Below are positions 54,048-64,000 of a stretch of 64,000 nucleotides of DNA, piece by piece; positions within the stretch are counted from its first letter, which is position 1; the number at the start of each line of letters is the position of its first letter. Where the stretch lies: NCBI GenBank assembly GCA_000004985.1, contig GG738851.1. One strand, 5' to 3'. Source of the DNA: Naegleria gruberi. Its lineage: Eukaryota. Below the pieces are notes generated by a model, which saw only the letters and a program-made list of their open reading frames with translations, had not been told where the DNA came from and did no database searches. The translations under genes and the position numbers were made by a program.

Positions 54048-54774
54048 GGAAGTGTTGTTGTGGATTTCTCTTGGGTTGATTGATTTATTTACCCGCCATT
54101 GTTATTAAGGGAAAATTCTTTAAGACAGGAATCAGTAACTTTAACAACAGAACCAACAATAGCAATAATCAGCAGTTACAAATACTGATTTGACAGAAAC
54201 GGTAACTTGAAAGCGACAAGTGGATTACATTATCTGAAACATTATCTGAAAGAAATGACTCTGTTAAAGTATTGGAAATGGCAATTCATTATCATTACAA
54301 ATTAAATCACTATTCTGAATCATCATTTCTTCAGATTGATCTTTAATTACAAACAACAGTATTTTTCATGAACACTTCTTTGTAAATTAACAAATCAAAG
54401 AATCCTATCAAAAACGATACCCTATGCCACTGTTTTTGATAGAATAAAAAAATCCCTAAAATTTCGCGATTTTCCATATTAAATTGAGCGAATGCGTTCC
54501 AACAAAGAGGGACCAAAGCTTCAATCATTTTGCCCGGTGCTGATTTTTTATTGCACCTCATGGTTTCTTCTTTCATTAAACATTAAATAGTAAAAGAGAA
54601 TCGTTTATAAATAATAGTTGTAAAGTGTTGAAGCTGCAGTGTTTGGTATACAATATATAGTGGTGTGCTATTATATTGAGCGGTGCTGAATTGATTTTTC
54701 AAGCATAATAATTTGTCGCTTTGAAAAGGATTAATAAAGCTAATAAATCGCGAATAACAAATACACAAAAAAAA

Positions 54775-57700
54775 ATGCTCAAGTCCCAACTCTTAAAATC
54801 TGCCGGCAAGAATTCAACATCAGTCGCCAAGCAAGTATTTTCTGCCAAGTCGAAGAAGCAAACTGCTCAATTGATGCAAGGTTTGAACTCACAAAGAAAC
54901 TTGAGCAGTTCTTTTGTTACAAAGTCAACCCCATCCGACAGTTTTGCTTGGGTTGGTTCTAATTCTCAATATCTGGAAGAACTCGAACTTCAATGGAGAG
55001 CAAATCCATCAAGCGTACCAGTTGAATGGCAAACATATTTTGCTTCCCTTCCAGAAGTAGGATCATCAAGTGCTACTTTCCAAAGTGAATCATCTGGTTC
55101 CTCTAGCTTAAGTAGTCAAGCAGGTGCTCAAGGAGAAATTATTTCTCTCATTAGAGCCTTCCAAGTTTTTGGTCATCACGTAAGCAAATTAGACCCTTTG
55201 GGAAAGTATTCCGCTGATCTTGACTTCCAAGATATTCCTCAATTGGTTTGTATTTTGTTATTTAATTTAATAATTAATTTAAATAATTAAATTCATAACA
55301 ATAATTTAATGATGATGAAAATTTAACAATGGAATAATAGCATATTGAAAATTACCCACACCTCTGCAAGATGGACCCAAATACCCCAATTACTCTCTCC
55401 CAAGATTTGATCAAGGGTTTCCTCTCTTCATCAAATCCTCCACAAAATACACAATGGACATTAAAAACTTTGTTGGATAGACTCCAAGAAACATATTGCG
55501 GAACTATCGGATATGAATACATGCATATTAACAATAGAGATGTTTGCAATTGGTTAAGAGAAAGAATTGAAACAGCAACCAATGTAGATTTAACAGAAAA
55601 CGAAAAGAAAGTACTTTACGAAAGATTGACTTACAGTCATATGTTTGAAGATTATTTGGCAAACAAATTCCCAACAACAAAGAGATTTGGTTTGGAAGGT
55701 TGTGAATCATTGATTCCAGGTCTTAAGAGTATGATTGATACATCATCATCATTGGGTGTTGACAGTTTTGTTGTTGGTATGCCTCACAGAGGTCGTTTGA
55801 ATGTTTTGGCCAACGTTATGAGAAAGCCATTGGCTCAAATTTTCAGAGAATTCTTAGGAAAGACTGAAAACAAGTTGGGTTCCGGAGATGTTAAATATCA
55901 CTTGGGTACCTCAACAAAGCGTCACCTTCCTTTCACAAATAAGGAAGTTGAACTTTCACTTGTTCCTAATCCATCCCATCTTGAAGCTGTTAACCCAGTT
56001 GTTGAAGGAAAAGTTAAAGCTAAGCAAGTTCTTATGGGTGACAATAATAGAGAAAAAGTTTTACCAGTCTTACTTCACGGTGATGCTGCTTTTGCTGGAC
56101 AAGGTGTTATTTATGAAACTATGGGATTGAGTCAATTGGATGAATATGGAACTGGTGGTACTATTCACGTTGTTGTCAACAACCAAATCGGTTTCACTAC
56201 CAATCCAAGAAGTTCTAGATCTACTTCTTACTGTACAGATATCGCTAAATTCCTTAATGCTCCAGTTTTCCACGTCAATGCTGATGATCCAAATGCTGTT
56301 GTCAAGGTCTGTAAATTGGCTGCTGAATATAGACAACAATATCACGGAGATGTTGTCATTGATATTGTCTGTTATCGTAAGAGAGGTCACAATGAATTGG
56401 ATGAACCAATGTTCACTCAACCTCTCATGTATCAAGCTATTGCTAAACAAGAACCAGTTATTAGCAAGTATCGTAAACAACTTTTGAAGGAAGGCATTGT
56501 CAATGAAGAACACCTCAAGCAAGTTGACGAACAAGTTAAGAATGTTTTCGATGTTGAATTTGCTAGAGCTAAGACCGATGAAAAGTTGGATGTTACTGGT
56601 GAAGTTTGGTATTTGCAAGGAAGTAAGTGGGATAGAATGAAGACTCCACACGATTACTCTCCAATCAGATCTACTGGTATTCCAATGGAAGTTTTGAAGA
56701 CTCTTGGTAAACAAGTTTCTACTCTTCCAGAAAATGATAACTTTAAGCCACACAAGGGTATTGCTCGTGTCTATAATCAAAGATCTCAAATGATTGAATC
56801 TGGTGAAGGTTTGGATTGGGGTATGGGTGAAACTCTTGCTTATGCTACACTTTTGAATGAAGGTTATCATGTCAGAATCAGTGGTCAAGATGTTGAAAGA
56901 GGTACTTTCTCACACAGACATGCTGTTGTCACTGATCAAGAATCTGAAAAGAGATACATTCCACTCAAGACTATCTCAAATACTGCTCAATTTACTGTTG
57001 CTAACTCTAGTTTGAGTGAATTTGGTGTTCTTGGTTTCGAATACGGTTATTCTATGGAATCACCAAATCAACTCGTTATTTGGGAAGGTCAATTCGGTGA
57101 CTTTGCTAACGGTGCTTCAATTATCGTTGATCAATTCATTTCTTGTGCTGAACAAAAGTGGATGAGATCATCTGGTCTCACTCTTCTCCTTCCTCATGGT
57201 TATGAAGGTCAAGGTCCAGAACACAGTAACGCCAGAATGGAACGTTATTTGCAACTCTGTGACGAAGATGATGAAACTCTCCCAGAAAAGGATTCAAGCA
57301 AGACTCTCCAAATTCAAAAAGCTAACATGCAAGTTGTCAATTGTACCACCCCAGCCAATTTCTTCCACGTTTTGAGAAGACAATTGCACCGTGATTTCAG
57401 AAAGCCATTGGTTGTTTTCACACCTAAGAGTTTGCTCAGATTGAAGGAAGCTGCTTCATCCTTGTCTGAATTTGCTGCTGGTACTTCATTCAAGCAAGTT
57501 ATTGATGATGAAACTGGTGCCATCACTGATCCAAAGAAGGTCAAGAGAGTTGTTTTCTGTTCTGGTAAGGTTTATTATGATCTCCTCAGTGCTAGAACTA
57601 CACAAAATGTTGCTCTTGTTCGTGTTGAACAATTGGCTCCTTTCCCATTCCATAGAGTTATTGAAATCGCTGAAAAGTATCCAAATGCTGAATATGTTTG

Positions 57701-57902
57701 GTGTCAAGAAGAACCAAAGAACTATGGTGGTTGGTCACACGTTTATCCAAGATTCAAGACCTGTCTTAAGAACACAACTGAAAAGATTAAGCATCACGAT
57801 ATAAGGTTCGTTGGCAGAAAAATTTCAGCATCGCCTGCCACAGGGTATGCTTCAAAACATAATGAAGAGCAAAGAGAAATTGTTACTCAAGCTTTGAACT
57901 GA
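54775..57902 (+). CDS. ogdh: 2-oxoglutarate dehydrogenase E1 component, mitochondrial; 2 exons
   Basis: Exon 1 (ATG ~54775 to ..DIPQL ~55245) has a presequence-like N-terminus and IRAFQVFGHHVSKLDPLG. A GTTTGT donor starts a ~125-nt AT-rich intron ending CTGCAAG (~55370). Exon 2 carries ..RFGLEGCESLIPGLK..GMPHRGRLNVLANVMRKPLAQIFREF..YHGDVVIDIVCYRKRGHNELDEP... The ORF-track start at 54721 is a TTG. Confidence 0.9.
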
Positions 57903-58215
57903 TTGATTTGTTGAGAAAATGATTAAATAACAATTTTAACAATTTTAATAATTTTTGAAGAAATCATGTAGCACTGTTCCACTTCCTTAGTCGTGACCTG
58001 GAATTATGGAACTGAGCTAAGTACCTATGTTTCCTCTCTCTTTATAACTTGATTCCTGAAAAATGTTAACGAATACTACTAGAAGTTAATGGTGTTTTAT
58101 TGAGGTGAAGAGAATAATGTTTTTACTTGAAATTAGGAAAACTTTTTACTAACAGTTACACAATTAGAAAATATTTTTAATACAAATTACATATACAAAT
58201 ATTAATTACATAAAA

Positions 58216-59729
58216 TTATTTAGAAAAGTCAAAATCATCAAAAGACTTGTTTTCATCCTTGCTAACACCAATAGCAAAACTGTCGTGAGCACGTTCGGAA
58301 GTAAATTCTGTGTCAACATATTTGGTATCGTTACCATCATGCAATTGTGGTTTGAATGGAGCAGAAATACCCTTACTATAGAGGTTATCCCAGTTAATAT
58401 TCTTAAAGAATGGATGTGCTCGGATTTCAGCTCCATCTGATGGGCCACCTCCTAAACGTTTATATTCTTCTCTGTCTAATAAACCTTTAAGAAGAGATTG
58501 TGCATCAGCTGGAACACTACTTGGGAATTTGAGTGGGGCCTTCAAAATTAATTCATACATTTCATTAATATTTTCAGAGTAGAATGGTGGCAAACCAACA
58601 ATCATTTCATACAAGAGAATACCGAGAGACCACCAATCGACAGCCTTACCGTGTCCTTGTCCCTTCAAGATTTCTGGAGCTAAATATTCAGGAGTACTAT
58701 TAATGTTAAAAATGTTTAAAATCATTTCAATCAACATACCCACAGAATGTATAAGTTGGAGTATTATTTCCCATAGATGTCTTGGCCAATCCAAAATCTG
58801 TTAAAACAGCATAACCATCACCATCAAGAACAACATTTTCAGGCTTCAAATCTCTGTAAATAATATCATTCTTGTGCAAATGTTCAATAGCCATAACAAT
58901 TTGAGCAGCATAGAATTTAGCACGTTCAACATCAAATTTAGTTTCTTCTCTCAAGTGGAAGAATAATTCACCACCTGGTAAATAATCTAATACTAAATAC
59001 AACTTTTCTTCAGTTTGGAAAGCATAATGCAAAGAAACAATGAATGGGTGATCAATACTTTGCAAAATTTTCTTTTCAGCAAGGGTATGTGACACCATGT
59101 TTTCCTTGATGATCATATCCTTTCTAAGAACTTTCATGGCATAGACTCTAGAAGCACCCTTTTGTTTAACCTTCATAACTTTACCGAATGAACCTCTTCC
59201 GACAACTAACCAAATAATTAAAAAACAAAGCTTTGTGTTTTTACATACCTGTAAGTAATTCAAAATCGTTCAAGGAAACCTTAACATCTGACGATTTGTT
59301 ACCAATAGTAATTTGTTCCAAAGATTTAGCCTTAAGAATTTCCTCCTTGAATTCTTCCAATCCTTCCTTATCAGATGATGGATTATAATTCATAGCTTTG
59401 TTCAATTCTTTCATCCAAACTTGGAACTCTGTTTCATTTTCCGCACTAATTTCATAAACTCTGGCCAAGTTTTTACCTCTAAGTTTAAAGCTCATAGGCT
59501 TTGTTTCATCAATTTCAACTTTAGCTCCTTGGATATTGATAAAACCTGTTGGCTTGAGCTCACCTTGTTTCTTGAAGTAGAAAAGAAGCTTTCCTCTCAA
59601 TTCAAACCATCTTCCTGTTATCATCATGGTGATCAATATTATTAAATTAAAATTTTAATACTTACTCTTGTAGGTTTTAATTTTACCTCCCTTCTTCTTT
59701 AAATATCCAGAGAAGTCTGGCTTTTCCAT
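58216..59729 (-). CDS. Akt/PKB-like AGC protein kinase with N-terminal PH domain; 4 exons
   Basis: Exon 1 ~59729-59666 (MEKPDFSGYLKKKGGKIKTYK). Intron ~51 nt (GTAAGT). Exon 2 ~59614-59249 (RWFELRGK.. PH domain). Intron 43 nt (GTATGT..GGTTAG). Exon 3 ~59205-58740 (VVGRGSFGKV..YRDLKPENV..TDFGLAK..TFCG). Intron 43 nt (GTATGT..TTAATAG). Exon 4 ~58696-58216 (TPEYLAPE..FPHF-like..FDDFDFSK, AGC C-terminal hydrophobic motif). Exon lengths sum to 459 codons. Confidence 0.85.
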
Positions 59730-60408
59730 AGGATTAACCTGTGTATACAAAATAGATCAATGATTTTGTTGTTTCCGTAAATAAAACCTCTCTTTTCCCT
59801 TGTCTACATACCTCCATTTTATTCTTCTTGTTGTTGTATAAATTGCTGTGGGGAGCAATACGAAATTTTTTTACAAAGTGCTGTGATGGTGATCTCTCTC
59901 TGAGCAACCTTCTTGAATACGTTGGACATCTCTGCTGAGGATGAGCATTTTTGGAAAAGAGTACCTTTAATACGAACAATGAAGGGTTGTAAAGGGATGT
60001 CATACACTTGCAACCAGACATCTTGCAAACTACAATTATTATTACATTGCCATTGATTGTTGTTGATTATCAAATGTTTTAAATTTGCCTTTCATTGTAT
60101 TATCCTTCAAGTTAGTTTGGAATTTTGTGTTTGAGGGAAGATACAAGCTGAGATAATTATAAATCTCTAAGGGCGATTGTTCATAATAAGGATATATTTG
60201 AACAAATAGACTCATATGTGGAGTTATGATTAAGGCAATGCAGTTGGAGGGTGCTCTTTATTCTGGAAGATTCAATCTCTAACTGCTGCTTGCTAAAGAG
60301 AAAAAATAGGAGAGTTTTTTATTAAGGCAAACAATAGACCTTGAATTCGCTCTCATGAACAATTGGTGTTTCGCATTAAGGGTGTTACTTCCCTCTCATG
60401 TGGAATAA

Positions 60409-61701
60409 TTAGACGGTTTTATAAGGATCAAATTCGATCGAGGTATTGGAGTTTCCGAAATATTGCTTGCTGTGGCTTTCAATCATTTTGGAAAGCATTT
60501 TGACACTGCCCATGATACCGGACTTGCTTATTGGTTGTAAGAAACTTTCATTATTCAAAATTCTTTCGGTTTGATACGAGTCGTCCTTCTTAAAAACTGG
60601 CAATGTTTCAATTTCCTCACTTTTCTCATGAACTTTTTTGGAATAATTGGACATGATAACTGGGAATAAAGACAAAAGTGAGAGGCAAATAAGGAATATG
60701 ATGGTTTTTGGTTGATAAATGTCATTCACACTTTTCAATTCTGAAAGAATTAATCCAGCATGAACAGTTATATAATTAAATGGAATCATTCCTATAAATA
60801 CAGAATATGTTTGTTCAGCAGCAGAAATACCAAGAACAGGTCCAGCAATATTTACAAACCAGTTTGGTGTCAGTGGAAATAATCTTAATGAAATTAAAAA
60901 CCAAACCATTTTAAAACCTCCTAGTTTTCTATTCCTATTCATTAAGGAAGATAGTTTTGAAATTTTTGTTCTGAACCATTCGAAACTCAATAGAAAATCC
61001 TTTCCACTAAAATACCACAATACATGACAAAGAACAGCTCCAATAGTATTTAAAACTGTGCAAATAAATGTTCCATAAAAAGTTCCCATCAAAGCACCAG
61101 ATATTATATTCAAAAATATTGTTCTGAATAGAAATACATATTTGTTAAATATGATGGAAATAAATTAGTAAAAATTAGCACACTTTCCACTTACCCTGGT
61201 ACACAACAAATTTGATTCTTTTGAAGGATCATTCCTAATATTTCATTATTAATTACTTACAAATAAATATAAACAACAAAAAAGGCAGAATAATTCAAAC
61301 GAATGCTTGTCAGCTTCCTCACTCTTGAGTATTTCATAATCCTTCTTAAGATCATCCAAAGTCCATACCATTTTAATATTTAGTTTTGAATGGAGTGGAA
61401 TATAAAAGTATAATACAAAACATAAATTCAAAATTGACACTAGTGGTATTAATAATAATCTCCGATAAGACTTTTTGTATTGTTTTGATGAAGAAATAAT
61501 TTCCTCCTCATCAAAATTGTTCTCCCTATGATTCATTGATGAATAATTTAGTGTCGGAACAAAATCTGTTGTTGTTAATTTATCATGGTGTAGCCTCTGA
61601 TTATTGTTGGTATTATTAAATTCTTCTTCCGATCCTCCTACCACATAATTATTGATTCGATGTGTTGTTGTCGTAGTATTCAAAGATGTTGGAAATTTCA
61701 T
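60409..61701 (-). CDS. TMEM41/Tvp38/DedA-family membrane protein; 3 exons including a 23-nt microexon
   Basis: Exon 1 (61701..~61261) ends ..CCLYLF at a GTAAGT donor. A 43-nt intron follows. Microexon ~61193-61217 (aatcaaatttgttgtgtaccagg = NQICCVPG) is followed by a GTAAGT donor and a ~69-nt intron. Exon 3 (~61123..60409) reads TIFLNIISGALMGTF...LRLFPLTPNWFVNIAGPVLGI. Joined, this gives LYLF-NQICCVPG-TIFLNIISGALMG, aligning with human TMEM41B [25 protein letters not shown]. Confidence 0.8.
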
Positions 61702-62174
61702 TTTTTATCAGTTGTCTTAACAAAATTTGTATTAGAGTTCATAAGGAACACTGAATCGTACAAATAACATTATCCATGGTCAACACTATCAAGTTAGCAT
61801 TCTTTGTTAATGAGAAACGGTCAAAGAGCTCGAAACAAGATCGATTGATTTCAAGGATTTGTGAATTTTTATGCTTCCTAGAGCAAGTCATCACCCAACT
61901 TTCAAGATAATGAATACACAAACGAATTGCAACATCATTGGATAAAAACATCTGAATGATTGCACAAACTAGATTGCCTTTCAAATTCACTTCATGTCGT
62001 TGTGTGATTGAAAAAAATGGAAATGATTATCATGTGAAATGCTTATTTAACCCTTACAATAGAATACCAATTTGATGATACTTTAGCTTTAATTATCACC
62101 TCTAACTATTACTTTTATACTAATAAATATATTCGCCATTAGTACTAAGCCTTAGTGAAACTTCATCATAAAAA

Positions 62175-63940
62175 ATGGATCCAATTAGCCAAGAAACTCA
62201 AGCAGAGATTTCTTCGGATGCTGTTGCTACTGATAATGTTACTATAAATGAGGAGCAGCCTCAACTTGTAGTGAGTGTTCCACCAACAATAACAATCAGT
62301 ACAGAGAATAACGATGTTGAGGTTATTAGTAACAACAATGAGCAAGGAAGCGTACCGAGTTCTCCAACGCTACTAGTAGAAGTCTCATCTTCGTCAAACA
62401 CTCCAACAATTTCAACTTCTGATGCTATGAACGTTTTGGTTGCAACTTCCACAGGCAACATGGCCTCAATTGCATCATCAATGACGAGACAACTAACAGA
62501 GAAAAGTATAGGTAAGATTTTTATTGAATTTGAAATCCTTAATCTTCTTTATCAGAGGAAGATTCAAATGAAGCAACTTGTGTGGATATGGAAACATCTA
62601 CATTCGTTGATGATTATTCATCTGGCGATGAAGATGATCAAAACAAAAAGAAAAAGAAAGATGATCCTAAAAAGTTTAACCTTGACGGAATTAATACAAT
62701 GAAAGGAATCATAATGGAAGAATGGAAAAAGTTTGGTTTTGCTGCTCAAACAAAACGAGATGCTGAAATGTGGGCACAAACACTTCAATTTCCTGGAGTT
62801 CCCGAAAGAGGAGAGGTTCTTAGAAGATTATTTTCTGTGTTTAGATGGGGTGGATTGTGTTTTAGACATAAGGCAATTGCATTTGATAAAAAGAAGAGTG
62901 ATGACGATTCAGATTTTGTTTGGAAAAATTGGTATGATGTTGGATGGCCTATTTGTACAGCTATTTCTCATGGTGGTAGAGTAATTATTCAATTACCTAA
63001 GAAAACAGGATCCGACAGAACATATGATTATTCATTTTGGAATTGGATCATTACAGGATCTAAAACAGGGGATGTTGCAAAGCATGTGACAACAGGAACA
63101 TCTGGAGACCATTGTATAAAGCGAGGAAAGATAATATTCAAGAGATTGAGTGCTACGCATGGTATTGATTTTGAAGAAAATGAGTTACCTCTCATGGATG
63201 GAACAAGGAAGGTATTAATTGAACAAAAAACCACAGGTTTCAGTTTGAGAGACACCAAAATGTTAAGATCAGTTGAATATACATTGAAACATCACAGACA
63301 TTGGGGAATGAATATTCCAATTGGTGGTGAAGGGCAAACCTTACTTACAGGAAGTAAATCTTATGCAAATGGATCCAATGGCCATTTATACATTTATCAC
63401 ATGGCACCAAAAACTGACTCTTATGGTGGTATTATGCTTGGGTTAGAAGGAAGCGAATATGGTAAATATGATATGTGTGGTGAATACCACGGTGTGAGTG
63501 CCAAGTCAAGTGCATTCTCACCCACACTCGGTTTCAAATGGCATTCCAAGGAACATCTAGATTTGACAACAGTGAAAGGCCCAGGTAAATATGATTGTAT
63601 GTTTGTGGATTTGTCATATGGTTGGGATTTTATTGTTGAAAAGTATGAAAACGAATGGAAGGATGATATGGTCAAGCAAACATCATTACCTAATCCAAAC
63701 CATCCACAGTTTACAGAAATTTCAACAAAACTCAATCTTTCTCCAAAATTTATTTCATCCATTGTAAATTTGAGAAACACTGAGAGAGGAAGAAAATGGA
63801 AATCACTTGTAGACAAACGATTAGAAAAGACAAGTAATAATTTTAAGGACAAAATTACAATATCAAAGAAGAAAACCAAGTTTTACAATTTTACAACAAC
63901 CCGAGCAGCAATCTCCTTCGCCAATTTATACGGGCAATAA
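62175..63940 (+). CDS. Protein with Ser/Thr-rich N-terminus and a ~400-aa C-terminal domain of unknown family (possible toxin/enzyme-like fold); 2 exons
   Basis: Exon 1 (62175..~62510, ..TEKSI) ends at a GTAAGA donor. A ~50-nt intron ends TTTATCAG (~62561). Exon 2 is EEDSNEATCVDMETSTFVDDY... through the stop at 63940. The C-terminal domain is Gly/His/Trp/Cys-rich (..WYDVGWPICTAISHGGRVIIQLP.., ..HRHWGMNIPIGGEGQ.., ..HMAPKTDSYGGIMLGLEGSEYGKYDMCGEYHG..). Confidence 0.55.
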
Positions 63941-64000
63941 ACTAAACACATTTTGGAAAAGTATTAATAATGATTGGAAATTGAAAAGAATTGTACAACC

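Noticed and set aside
54721-54774. ORF-track start of OGDH at 54721
   Set aside because: The codon at 54721 is TTG. The ORF caller reports alternative starts as M. The first ATG is at ~54775 and gives a sensible mitochondrial presequence.
55528-57707. Antisense and alternative-frame ORFs (e.g. 56070-56888 -, 272 aa) within the OGDH E1 exon
   Set aside because: The sense frame encodes an unmistakable OGDH E1 along its whole length. The antisense ORF has no motif and a Ser/Ile/Leu-biased composition.
1-64000. Interpreting same-strand gene runs as bacterial operons, defence islands or phage regions
   Set aside because: GT..AG introns, MEF2, kinesin, Akt, BMS1, ubiquitin and poly-Asn coding tracts all identify a eukaryotic (dictyostelid) chromosome. 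No prokaryotic-style functional clustering is evident. The ubiquitin-like cluster around 45-50 kb is treated separately as its own finding.

Overview
This 64-kb window looks like nuclear DNA of a dictyostelid social amoeba (Dictyostelium-like), not a prokaryote. It is about 75-80% AT, coding regions carry (AAT)n/(CAA)n-encoded poly-Asn/Gln tracts, and the introns are short, AT-rich and GT..AG. It is gene-dense, with roughly 38 protein-coding genes on both strands. Those recognisable from their translations are: pyruvate kinase; the 2-oxoglutarate dehydrogenase E1 subunit (2 exons); ribosome-biogenesis GTPase BMS1; an N-terminal-motor kinesin with a long coiled-coil tail (2 exons); an Akt/PKB-type AGC kinase with a PH domain (4 exons); a MEF2-type MADS-box transcription factor; choline/ethanolamine phosphotransferase; a short-chain dehydrogenase/reductase; a TMEM41/Tvp38 (DedA) membrane protein that contains a 23-nt microexon; a Sep15-family thioredoxin-like protein in its Cys form; a class-V PLP aminotransferase-like protein; a CHCH twin-Cx9C protein; Kelch, WD40 and F-box proteins; a 1332-aa double pseudokinase with an LRR tail; a divergent di-ubiquitin; and a second ubiquitin-like gene. 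The RNA genes are two identical tRNA-Ser(UGA) copies flanking a 50-N assembly gap, and one tRNA-Thr(AGU). The items most worth a second look are: a 452-aa protein whose conserved C-terminal domain I cannot place; a ~2.2-kb non-coding island of intermediate GC; a recurring class of 43-46-nt introns; two ORFs overlapping by TAATG; a ~110-aa low-complexity insertion in the pyruvate kinase B domain; and a cluster of ubiquitin-like genes around an unassigned 742-aa protein. Every product call is from reading the translations by eye, with no database search. Exon/intron boundaries are approximate (a few nt); the ORF track sometimes reports non-ATG (TTG/GTG) starts as M and includes stop codons.
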